From the NCBI GenBank assembly GCA_013265495.1, contig MU058844.1, positions 2,149,520 through 2,213,519 on the forward strand: a DNA stretch of 64,000 bases, given 5' to 3'. Under the pieces are notes generated by a model. The model was given only the letters and a program-made list of their open reading frames with translations. It searched no databases and had not been told where the DNA came from. The position numbers and the translations under genes are program-made. Shown one piece after another: positions 13,066 to 25,150 of this stretch (positions are counted from its first letter, which is position 1; every line of letters starts with the position of its first letter). This DNA comes from Vicugna vicugna. Lineage: Eukaryota.

Positions 13066-15475
13066 GTAAGCGCTGTTTTAACTATAGCACTGGGGATGCT
13101 GACTGTTTGGGACAGTGTTTATTGTAACAGGGACAGGAAAAATTCCAGAGCTATTCAACAGCAAATCCACAATTCTGAGCATTTACTTTCACATTTTGCT
13201 TAATGTACTTTCCATGATTTATGGATTTGGATAAATTTTATACAGTATTTACTGCATTGCTTAGCAAAGGAAGTTATAAAAAGTTTCATTGTTGGAATGA
13301 CAACACTAGACACAGTGAAAAAGTATGGCATTTAAAATGTTTGCTATCTTATGCTATGTAGCTATTTGTGTTAGTATTATTACAAGCTAACTTTGGAGCA
13401 AAGAAAGGCCATTTTAATCAATATTCAAAATATTTTGCAACAAGTATGTTGTTATCTTTTGTTACAATTTGCCATTAACATTTTGTGTTGTTATAAAATG
13501 TGAGCTAAAGGATTTAGACATTTATGAATTTTTTATGTCTATTTTGTTAATTTAATAGATTTGGGTTTTGGATGTATGTCTTAAGAAACAGAAACATGTT
13601 TTAAAAAAAACTCTGGGAAACATGATTTACTTTTTGAGGAAAAAAAAAGCATTTCCTTCATAGCCACAGGTATTTGAAAAGACTTAGGAAAAGTAAAGTG
13701 TGTTTTTGCTTCATAGTGGAGTCATTATACAGTTACAAACTCTCCTTGAATTCAGAGTCCTTGTTTTCACTGTGCCAAAAAATATGGAAGCATTTTTCAT
13801 TACTAGTCAATACTCACATTATAGTTACCATGTCTATTTTGGTGTATACTGAATTAAAATAAGGTGGAAGCTTATTAATGAAGCAAGACAAATCCTTACA
13901 ACATTAACATACTGTAACTTATGAAGGATTTTATAATTATGTTAGCACTCTGTAATTGTTCTCATGGCTAAGTCCTGTCAACTAAATTAAATGACTCCAT
14001 CATAATATTAGGGAATAATTTACTAAGACTCTGGCTACGTGTTACATTACATCAGTCATCAGAGTGATTCTGACCTTTTGAGTGTTTCATCTGCTAGAAT
14101 AAAGTGCCTTATAATTTCAAGCTAAAGCAAAGCAAAGATGTTTAAAATTCCTGAGAGTAGAAAATCCTGCTATCCCACGTTACCTAGACCCAAAAGCTTG
14201 TACCATGTTTCTCACTGGAAGAGATCTGATTTTATGGTATCTATTGGAATGTTATTTCTGCTTCACATTCACGATTTACCTCCCAGGGTTACCAACTTCT
14301 CAGCTGTAACCCTTCATTCTACAAAAGCCCAACTCTGATATCCTGTTTCCCTTTACCTAAACTGCTGACCCTCTGCTTCAAGCAATTGAGTATGTACTTC
14401 ATTGAACCCCACCTTAGAAACAAGTTCCTATGAGAAGATCACTGTTACAAAGTGTTTTTAAATTACCTTCTCAATTTTATCCTTTCCTACATGGCTCTTA
14501 GTCATTGTTTAATACAGACTTTCCTCAATTTCCACATCTCTCCCACTTCCACTCTGTGAGAGAACTAAAATCCAGATAAATGAATCCTGCCTTCTTAAAT
14601 TTTAACATGAAGAAAGTAGACAACTTGTGAGTTATTGAGAGAAAGGAAAACTTTCATTCAAAATTTTGAAAAGAATGTCATTCTCTACCAGTGGAATTTT
14701 TTCTCAGAGTAAACATTTTAAGAGTTTGTTACATTTCCTTGATTAAAAAACATTAGCTTTACTAACACTAATATATTAAATGTTAATTTTGGAACACGGT
14801 TTTGTTTAAAAGTATAGCATGTCACACAAAAGTTGAAATAATACTTACACCCCCACCAGGAATTCTGTTTCCCTTCCTCTAAATCAACAATAAAGACATC
14901 TTCAAAGGAACGTGCCCCCCCGCCCCGACCTTCCCCACCACACACACATAAGAACAGCTTTCCTCCAGACAAAATCACAGACTGCCCATGTTCCCGGTTA
15001 GGATCTTTCTAATGAGACATTTTAATGATGTTGAATAGCAGGGTAGAAGGTACAGTTTACAACTGTCTTCTCATATTTGTTTCTTCTGGTTGAAGGGTGT
15101 TCTGCAGCAATGTTCTAACATGGTGGTTAATAGGCATGTCCCAGAAACCTCTTGGGAAAGATATTTAATTAAGGACCTAGAGAGGTTGACTGCAACAACC
15201 TCTCTGGCTGGCTCGCCCAGAAGGGGGCGCCTGTGTATACAGTCTGCCCTGGAACCTGGTCACCTCTTCATACGTTGCAAGCGTACATCCTTATCTTAAT
15301 ACTTAAACGCAAATTAAAAAGACATCATTAGTGCACTTAAAAAAGCATGAGAAAATAATAAGATACACATTTGCTAATGTACTGTTTTTCTTCTCAATTA
15401 TATTTTTTCCTGAAAGTATGCTATTTTGTAATAACACATTTCCACTTTATTTAGGAGTCAAAACATTTGCCAAAA

Positions 15476-16340
15476 ATGAATCTAGGTGTGTTTACTCTCC
15501 TCTTGGCATTAGTTGGTGGTGCCAATGGCTACTACTATGATGATTACGATTTCCCCCTATCGATATATGGGAGGTCATCACCAAACTGTGCACCAGAATG
15601 TAACTGCCCTGAAAGCTATCCATCTGCCATGTATTGCGATGAGCTGAAACTGAAAAGCGTGCCAATGGTGCCTCCTGGGATCAAGTACCTTTACCTTCGG
15701 AATAACCAGATTGACCATATTGATGACAAGGCCTTTGAAAATGTAACTGATCTGCAGTGGCTCATTCTGGATCATAACCTTCTAGAAAATTCCAAGATAA
15801 AAGGAAGAGTTTTCTCTAAACTGAAACAACTGAAGAAGCTGCATATAAATTACAACAATCTGACAGAGTCTGTGGGCCCCCTTCCCAAGTCTCTGGTGGA
15901 CCTGCAGCTCACAAACAACAAGATCTCGAAGCTTGGCTCCCTCGATGGACTGGTTAACCTGACCTTCATCCACCTTCAGCACAATCAGTTGAAAGAGGAT
16001 ACTGTTTCAGCTGCCTTTAAAGGTCTTAAGGGACTCGAGTACCTTGATCTGAGCTTCAATCAGATGACCAAACTGCCTTCTGGTCTCCCAGTATCTCTTC
16101 TAACTCTCTACTTAGACAACAACAAGATCAGCAACATCCCTGATGAGTACTTCAAGCGTTTTAATGGGCTGCAGTATCTGCGTTTGTCTCATAACGAACT
16201 GGCTGATAGTGGGATACCTGGAAATTCTTTCAATTTATCATCCCTGCTGGAGCTGGACCTCTCCTATAATAAGCTTAAAAATATACCGACTGTCAATGAA
16301 AACCTCGAAAACTACTACCTGGAGGTCAATGAACTTGAAA
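15476..16340 (+). CDS. LUM: Lumican coding exon 2 (aa 1-288 plus 1 nt)
   Basis: Acceptor ttag| at 15454/15455; ATG at 15476 (AAAATG). Signal peptide, Tyr-rich N-terminus, class II cluster C38-x3-C-x-C-x9-C54, tandem LRRs, sequons N89/N128/N161/N253. Donor A|GTAAGT at 16340/16341 (phase 1). Confidence 0.99.
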
Positions 16341-19284
16341 GTAAGTAGAAAGCTGTGCCTCTCTTTGAATGATGTGTCTTCAAGGTTTTAAATGCCTAAG
16401 TTGTGCAACACAAATATGGCATCTGGCTCCATTTTTTAAAAAATGAAAATGTCAACAACGTATTTCTCTGGAATGTAGAAGAATTCCAGTTCAGTTACTC
16501 ATCCCATATATGGCTTTTCTTTGGAGTGTTCAGATAAGAAACCATTAACCTCACAGAATTTAAATATTCACTTTTTCAAATTTAATATTCTGGGCTAATT
16601 AATCCTTCTGTGTTATCTCTTGATGTTTATCTGTTATTATTTGCCTCCTCCATGACTTTGATTTATGTTCTACATTTATTTATTGGCAAGATCTAGCTGA
16701 GGGAGAAAACAAGTCCAGAAAAGGCACAGTTAGCAGTAGCTTTTACATCTCTCTCCTGCTTGTCCCCAGAGCAGCCCAAGTACATGGTCTTCTCTGCCAT
16801 CTTTACCTGGGACTCACCATGTTACTCTGCTATCATGACCATCATCTGTTTCTGTTATCCCTGTTGTGGTGTGTGTGGTCTTCATGGTGTTCTTATGAGG
16901 ACTGTAAGGAAGACTCAGGAGGAATATGATAAGGGTTCGGAATATTTTCATAGTAGTATCACAAAGTCCCTTTTCTTATATACAACCTTTTACCTCATTT
17001 GATTTTCCCACAGTTTTTCCCTCCTTTCTCTTGCTGCCATAGTTTATTTTTCATTCACCTCTGGGTGGGAGTTTGACCTGAACCACTTGGGCTGTTTATA
17101 CACTCTTCTGGTCTTCTGGGAAATTTTTCAATTTAAATTCTACGGGGATTCAGATGGGAAATTGACACTTACCATTCCCTACTCTTTAACAGAAGTTGGC
17201 AGAAAAGAAAAACCTATAATTCACAAAGTTTTTAAGATGGAACATCAGGTGGAAAATACCAATTCATCCATAGACAATTTTATCTGCAAAGTAATCTATT
17301 GAAATTGTACATCTTTGTACCATGAAAATTGATTCCCTTGTTGTATGGGGTAAGAACATTGACACTTTATCAGAAAAGCTTCAGTGTGCCTTATTAACAT
17401 GATACGCTGTAATTCTGCAACAGCTTCATGTAACCCCTAGTAGGGCTGGAGTGTTCTCATGAAGGAGACCGTGACTGCCATCTCTGAAATGCTACCCGTT
17501 CTTTCTTGTATTTGAAAAGCTTACTTGTCGTACAGTACATGGCCAAGCTATCAGAGCTAAACCCTTACAGTTGTTTCCAGGAGAAAATTCACTATGTGGC
17601 AATATATGGTTCCACATTATAAACATTTGTGGTTAAGAGGAAGGATGCTCGGACAGGCCAAAATGCTAATGGGATTTAAGATGTTCAAAGGCTGAAGAAA
17701 TCCATTAGACTTGGTGGGTGGAGGTTAGTCACAGGAGCAAGACTATCTCCTACTCTGAGACAAAAAAAAAAAATGGGAGAGATACAGATGCAGGAGCATT
17801 TGAGAGGGAAAGACCTGTTTTTTCATTGCATTAGTAAAAACATAATGAGCCAGTGTAAGAGGTAAGATAGGTGGTCTATGGGAGAAATGCCAACAGCCAC
17901 TCAGTGCCAGGCGGAGACTGAAACCACAGCGCCCAACACATACAGCCATATGAAAATGAGTAGTTACATTCACTTCTTCCATCTCCTTGACATTCAGTTA
18001 TCCACATTTCAGGGACTCTTGCCCTTTCACTTTGCATGTGAGTCTTCACCTTAGTTTATTTTGCTGCATAATAATTATGCACACCAACTGCCCACATTAT
18101 CTTAAGATAAAAAGAGCCCCTTAATGTTTCTCTAATATTAGAAAGTATACGGCAAAAAAACTTTCTCATATTTCAAACTTGCAACTTTTAGCATTAGCCT
18201 AATCACAAATGTTCTTAATGTAAGGCAATTTGTAAAACAGAAAAAATCAAAAGGGCACCAATAATTATTTAGTACATAATATGTGCTAGCAGTGTTGTGA
18301 AGTATTTTTTACATACCTTAATGAATGTAATTCATGCTGCACAGTGTGATAGATATATTTACTTCTAACAAGAAGATCAGATAAACGTTCCAGATGGTAA
18401 ATGGCAGAGGTAGGAAGCTAAAACAGACCTAATCCATGTTTTCTCCATTGTTCCATACTTTCTCAGAGGTAGGTATCAAATGCAAGATCCCTGGAATATG
18501 ACTGATGAGTTATTTAAGACAACATTTTAGAGGAAATAACTGCAGTGTGTTTGGGCTTCCACTAGAGTCATTGTTGCTAGAGTCTGAGAATGAAAGAGGT
18601 TAAAATAACAAGATAAAGGGCCAGATGAGGTTCATCGGAAATCGACTTGGGCACCCGTAGGCAGTTTCCACGCACATACATAGATTATGCACTCTACTGA
18701 CAGTCTTTGTGTCCATTAAAAACTAAATCAGTTTTTCATTTGTGGCAGCTTTTTGACCACAAAAGAAAAGGACATGGGCTGAGATGGTGGGCATCCCACG
18801 ATCTGCGTTTTGCTTTGGAGTTTATAATCTTGTCATGAAGTGTGGTTGTTGGAAAATTCTTCAGAGGTCGTCTATTCTAAGATGCAGAAGCCTAGGGTGC
18901 TTACACTGGTGAGCTTGTTTATACAACAGCACTAATCTTAGATTTCTTCAGGCTAGACTGTTTGAAAACAATGCTTAGATAATATGACACACTCACTGAA
19001 TGTCTTTCTGAAATCAAGTCTTTTTAAATCAAGAACTTAAATATATTCCGTTTGAAAAATTCTGTTAAGTTTCCTGACCTATCATAGGTATTCTGTACTA
19101 AATATTGCTGGGCTATGTGGTAGTCTGAAATACTCCTTTAGTAGTTCCAAGTTCAAAGATACATCAAATGAGTGAGATGGCATTCTAATAGATAAAATTA
19201 GAGATCTGAACTTTTTTTAAATGATTTTTTTCAAACTCATGTACTAAAAAAAATGATTGAAGTTTTTCATTCTTTAATTTCCAG

Positions 19285-19439
19285 AGTTTGAAGTAAAAAG
19301 CTTCTGTAAGATCCTGGGACCATTATCCTACTCCAAGATCAAACACTTACGCCTGGACGGCAATCGCCTCACCCACACCAGTCTGCCTCCTGATATGTAC
19401 GAATGTCTACGCGTGGCCAACGAAATCACTGTGAATTAG
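19285..19439 (+). CDS. LUM: Lumican coding exon 3 (absent from the supplied ORF track); full protein 339 aa
   Basis: Acceptor 'tctttaatttccag|' at 19284/19285. Translates (K)FEVKSFCKILGPLSYSKIKHLRLDGNRLTHTSLPPDMYECLRVANEITVN*, with TAG at 19437-19439. Confidence 0.98.
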
Positions 19440-20100
19440 TATCTACTAATTCCAGTTATGTTGAGGTATATCCTCGAACAGCATTTTATGGTTATGTTTA
19501 TTTGTGTGTCAGTTTTATAGTATTCATTTTGTTGTTGTTGTTTATTCCTTGAATTTCAAATTCTGAGGGAAAATGTTTTGTAAACATTTGACTACTTTTA
19601 TAAAAGGAAAGATGAAAGGCAGGCCTATTTCATCACAAGCACAGACACATACACACATATAGAAAACAAACTTAATGCTTTCTTTGTAAATTTAGTGTTT
19701 TCTACATCCTTACTGTCAAATGATGTGCAAAGCTTTTTACTGGTTTCATGGAAGTCAGCCAAGTTTTTTCATTCCTAAACTTTAATTTAATGTGCCAAAA
19801 AGCATGGTTACATACATATGGATGTTTCCTGTCTTAAAACAAATTATCTCAAGGTTCAAATTTTAATGTTCAAATTTGTTTAGCTGAAAAATAGGTGGTA
19901 AATTTCCAGACCAATGATTTTGCAAACTACTAGACAAAATTCATGAAGCCATATACACTTAAAGCTGTATTTTTAGTGTCACGAATTTAATATACTTACC
20001 TAGTGAAACTCTTCTTTTCTAGAATTATTTTTTTCATTCTAAGTCATGTGTATGTTTCTTTTTGATTATTTGCATGTTATGTTTAACAAGCTAATACCAA

Positions 20101-20106
20101 AATAAA
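20101..20106 (+). terminator. LUM: LUM polyadenylation signal AATAAA
   Basis: AATAAA ~660 nt after the stop, followed by a GU/U-rich element 'ctgtgtttgacttcttgtg'. Confidence 0.8.
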
Positions 20107-20344
20107 ACATAGCAAATGGCATCACTGTGTTTGACTTCTTGTGAAATTCGTCTCTCTCATGTTAAAAAGCAGATAAAATAATAGATTAGAACTCAAAAAT
20201 ATCTCTAGTCTGAAATAATTTTACTAATGTTAAATAGAATTTTTCACTAAATAGTCTGCTTCTAGCATCCACTTGTAAAGTTGTAAAAACTTTTAAAGTT
20301 TTTAAAGATATCTTACAATATGTACTTAAAAGTGTGCAGATCCC

Positions 20345-21096
20345 CATTGTGTCCTGCAGTTCATCTCAGTTCTGACACTAGGTACCTGGAGACAGTGTCA
20401 GATTGTACAGGTTAAGGGTTCAGTCCTGCAGGATGGCTCTCCCTCCCCACTTCAGATGCCAGTTGAAAGCCCAGGTTGTAACCTCTACTTCTGACCAACT
20501 GGTTATAAAGTTTCCCCAGAGTTTCCCTTCCTGGACTTGATGAATTTGCTAGAGCAGCTCACGGAACAGGAAAACTTATTTACTCACTAGATTATGTGTT
20601 TATAATAAAATGTTACAACTCGGGAACAGCCAGATGGAAGAGCTACATAAGGTAAGGTATGGGGAAAGGGTGCTGAGCTTCCTTGCTCTCTCCAAGTGTG
20701 CGCCACTCTCCCCACATCTCCACAGTTTCAGTGATGAAAGCTCTCGGAATCTTGTTCTTTTGGGTTCTTGTTGGAGGCTTTATTTCATAGAGATGATTGA
20801 TTAAACAACTGGCCATTGGCAATTGAGTTCAATCTCACCTGGGAGGTGTGGGGAAGGAACTGAATGTTCAAACCCTTCTAATCACAGGGTTGGGTCACTC
20901 CGCAACCATTCCCCCATCCTTTCTGAAGTCCCTTCAATAATATAACAAAAGACGCCTTTACTGCTCTTACTCAGGAAATTTCAAAAGTTTTAGGAGTTGT
21001 GAGCTGAACCTTGGACAAAGACTAAATATACGTAAGAAAGACTAAATATACTTTAAGATGACCAAATATATATTTCTTATAAACCACAATATTACA
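20345..21096 (-). mobile_element. ERV LTR, MER21-like
   Basis: The right end reads TGTAATATTGTGGTTTATAAGAAATATATATTTGGTC on the minus strand, like a MER21 5' end. Internal 'ctgaccaactggttataaa', 'aatttgctagagcagctcac' and 'agttctgacact' are MER21-like. Confidence 0.75.
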
Positions 21097-21307
21097 GTAC
21101 TTAAATGTTACAACATCCTTGGATATTTGTCATTTATTCCCATTCCTGTTGGTTTTACTGACTTTTTGCAATGATTTGCCATTAAATAAAAAGGAAGTAT
21201 AAGATCTCAGCAATTACTAGTTGGTTGTAAGCAAAAATGGTGGATAACTTCCAGCACTAAAAATGTTGAATATATATAAATGTTTCTGAAAATGAGATTT
21301 AAAAGAT

Positions 21308-21343
21308 CAATTTATCTTGAAACCAATTTATCTTGAAACCAAT
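21308..21343. repeat. Perfect 16-bp tandem duplication (caatttatcttgaaac)x2
   Basis: Identical units at 21308-21323 and 21324-21339, plus a partial third 'caat'. Confidence 0.9.
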
Positions 21344-23189
21344 AACCCTTGTAACATAGGGTTAGAGTTTATAATCCAGAAAGTTTTCAGCTTTTTATAT
21401 TATGAGTATCCTTGATTCTATACAATGAAAAATATAATTTATAACTTCTACCTTACCTAGGTAGTAATAAAGCATATGTTTAGAGCCAGATGTTGCACAT
21501 CCAAAGATAACACTCATCCCGTATGAGTGAATATATAGTCTCAAATGTGCCTCAAACAAAGGCAGTGTCTCTTGAATGCATCATATGTTTTAACAACATT
21601 TTTAGTGAACCCTGTCTTATGGTAAAATGGCCTGTCATCAAAGGACTATTATCCATTGAGACTGCACTGATTGGCTGATGACTGATCCACACATTACATT
21701 AAGCACACCATGCATTTTTGATCGTCATGTCTTTTCCACGTAAAGGTAAGTTCCTTGAGCTGTGATAGTAATTTCAGGTCATTTTTCCATATAAACTTAA
21801 AACCTATTTTCTCCCAATAAAACTGTAATATAGAAGAAATGAAAATAATTTCTTCTTGCCCTCTCTATAAAAAATCACCATCAATCCTTCAAAACTTACT
21901 CTCAACTAGGTAGTAGAGAATGTGCCATAAATTTTTTTAGAAAGAATGTTTTAGGCTTAAACAAGCTTTGTCTCTATATCACTTAGAAAAAACATCTTGT
22001 CAGCTGACAGTCTACATCTTTAAAAGTCTTTACTTTATCACAATCCGAAGTCATATTTTATCCCTCAGCCTAAATAGCAAAACTATAATTCTTAAAACAG
22101 CAATTTCCCTCATGGTTAATGTTGGTTGACAAGGACCAAATTAAGTACTCAGTGACATTTCCTGTAGTAGCATCTGAGGAAGGTGTTAGTTAGATCCTGT
22201 CTGGGGAGAGGTCCCCTTTCTAGAGGCCAGACCTCATCTCTCCAGGGCAAAGCTGGAGAAGAGGCACATCCTGCTTGCTTCTGGAAAATGAAAAAAGTCC
22301 TTCGACATCTCCATTTGAAAATCAAGGCTAGGTCATGCCTTTATGGTAAAGGAGAACTATGATGTACTAGGGCTTTGAGGTTTGTGAGGAATTATTGTGC
22401 CCTAATAAGTACAAAAATACAGATGGAAGACAGACCACTAAATGAACCAGAGGAATGTTGATTTCTTAGTTAAAAGTTCTCCAACTGGTAATAGCTGTTT
22501 TCAGAAATCCTGGAGATTTTAAAAGGTTGGTTTTACAAAGGGCCATGAATTTTTTTCCTTTGTGATCTTTTAAGTTTGGAGTTCCAGTTTTTTTCTATAG
22601 CTGTAATTTTATCATAATGATGGCCTTAGATTTTCTTTGGTTGGATTTTGCAACCGTCATGCATACTTGCTCAATATTTTACTCACAAGTAAAAGAAAAT
22701 GCTCATTTGAGTTAAAGTGAGCTCTAAGACAACTTTACTACCAGGAACTAAAAATGTATATAAAATAACAGTGTTACAAAATTTAAAGTAGATATGCACA
22801 TGCCATAAGTATACGAAATAAATTTAAATGAATTTTTAAAATACTAGCCAGGTATATTTATTTATTCACACGTACATTCAGTAGATTTTGTTTCCTAATA
22901 AGGTATAAGAAATTGAACTATAGGGTATATGTAGAAAAGCAGAAATTTAGGCAACATAAAATGAGTGAGGTCCCAAGCATCTTCGTCTCACTTTGATAAC
23001 CCCAGGGTTCCACATCTACTGTGTAGTGTCTCCTCTTTCATGTTTTGATTGACCCAAAGAGTATCAACTACATTGTGTGTCTTGTCCTCTTAAAATGTAA
23101 CTGCTATTCTATAAAAGAGAATGCATTCTATGTTTTAAAAATACTTAAGAGCCTTAGCTACTTAACCTATAAATTATGTCTCAAATAAA

Positions 23190-25150
23190 CCCTTTTCTAC
23201 TCTCACTACCACTGCTTTAAGATTTGCTCAATTTTCATCTAGATTTCTGAAGACTCTCACGTTTTGCCTAACTTTGTCACCTACAGTGTTACCAGAGTGA
23301 GTTTCTTGGTATGTAAACCTGGTCCTTTATTATTTACTTCTTAAAACTATTCAAAAATGCATCATCATTTTCAAGATGAGACCCAGGCTCCAAATGCAGC
23401 ATACAAGTCACCCAGGATTATCAGATGTCCCATGAGATCTGGTCTTTGGTTACCTCGAGAACCTTGTCTCTTACCAGGCTTGCCAGGTCCCACTGCATCA
23501 TATTTAATCACTCGATAGTGCAACCATACTTACCATTTTGCAGCTGGTTTTGCTCTGGTGTCTATGAAAACTCTGTCTTTTCTTCCTGGGACCTCTTTAG
23601 GCTCTTTCTACTTGGAAATACCTACACAGCTTTCACACTCACCTTAAACTACTCTGTTCTTTTGCCATAAATTGCTCTGAACCTCCTCAGATAAAATTAG
23701 TACCCTTTATCATAAAATGAAAATCCTGTATCATAAAAATGAAAATTCTTTATCAAAGTTCTAAGTGAGAATGAACAACTCCCTCTGTTGTGCCTCCACC
23801 TGTAACTTTTCCATTAATTCATTCAACAAAGATTTATGGAGCTTTTACTCTACTCCAGCAATGGTGTAGGCATTTGGAATTTAGTAGTGAGCAAGACCAA
23901 CAAATCACTCCCCTCACAAAGTTAACATTCATAAAGAATTCAAACATTAAGTGGATAAATTCATGTTCTGTGACTTGATGTTAGGTAGTGCTACCTACTA
24001 TGCAGAAAAATGGCCTGCCTGAAAGGATAAGGGGAAGGAGGGGAAGTGGTGATTTTAATTGGCTGATAAGCCTTTTTGGAGAAGAGACTTAATTGTAATA
24101 ATATTTATTTAAATTTTATTACATATTAGATACTTCAGGGAATGTATTTTATGTATTATTCTAGCTTAAATAATACCTATATGGTACACTCCTACTTAAC
24201 AGAAAAGAAAAACTGGGATGTAAGGTCAGACATATTTTAAGTGTTATAACCTCATTTGAGGCCAGATTTCTACTGTCAGAGTACATGTTTTAACTTGGTA
24301 AAGTCCCATGGCATCAAGAGGTGCTTAGATGTGTTTATATGTGTGTCTGTAAATTCCCTCTTCCCACCTTGACAAAACACAGAATCTGGTGGTAAGTTCT
24401 GAATAGAGTTCCTGGAATCAGACTGGTGAAGAGGAATGTGTCATGAAGGTCAATCTTGACCCAACTCGTTCCTGGCAAGCTCCAGTACAGTTGCTTCTGT
24501 TTTAGTCTCTTTAACTTTATGCAAAATAGTTCAGTATATTTTAATTCACAGGGTTCATCCACTTCTCCCTATTAAGTCTATTTTTAATAGAACATTCTCT
24601 CCCTTAAAACTTGGGGTAATGGATATAGGAGTATCAATCTATTTCCTCTTATTTAATCTGTCAACACAATTTCTGGCTAGACTTTCAAAATATGTCACAA
24701 ATCTGACTGTTTGCCACTACTGGTCCAGTCCACCAACATCTCTCTTGAACTAAGGCAATAACTTCCTTGTGAATTTCAAAGTGTATTTAAGAATGGAATC
24801 TGATAGTTTACTGTCAAAGAAAGGTCAGGATGAGTTTTGAAAAAGATAAGACACATTATGTCCTACCCCAACTTATATACTTCAAGTATCTTCTCAACAC
24901 ACTTAAAATATAAAGCCCTTACCACGACCTTCAAGGTCTCATTCTCTTATCACTCTTCTTGCCCTCTTCTCTCCAACCACATTTGTCTCCCTGCTTATTG
25001 AACATGCCAAATACATTCTTAGTCTGGGTTTCTTGCATTTGTCTCTGCCTGTGATCCAGCTATATACATGGTTTTCCATACTTCACTCTGATCTTCAACC
25101 AACAGAGACATCTGCATAGAGTGGCCTTCACTAATCACCATATACGAAAA
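23190..25150. mobile_element. Cluster of LINE-2 fragments in both orientations
   Basis: Plus-strand L2-like segments at ~23190-23720 and ~24640-25150. Minus-strand tail 'ttcattcaacaaagatttatggagc' at ~23818. Confidence 0.55.

Noticed and set aside
15467..15475. ORF-track start 'MPK' for lumican
   Set aside because: It is a TTG codon in the 5' UTR; the real start is ATG 15476.
15578..15982. Antisense ORFs over LUM exon 2 (and 52839-53060 over KERA)
   Set aside because: Short shadow frames of the real CDS with no independent support.
16341..16348. Apparent 'SK*' C-termini of the LUM and KERA large ORFs (also 53523-53530)
   Set aside because: Read-through into GTAAGT donors; the true C-termini are in downstream exons, so neither gene is truncated.
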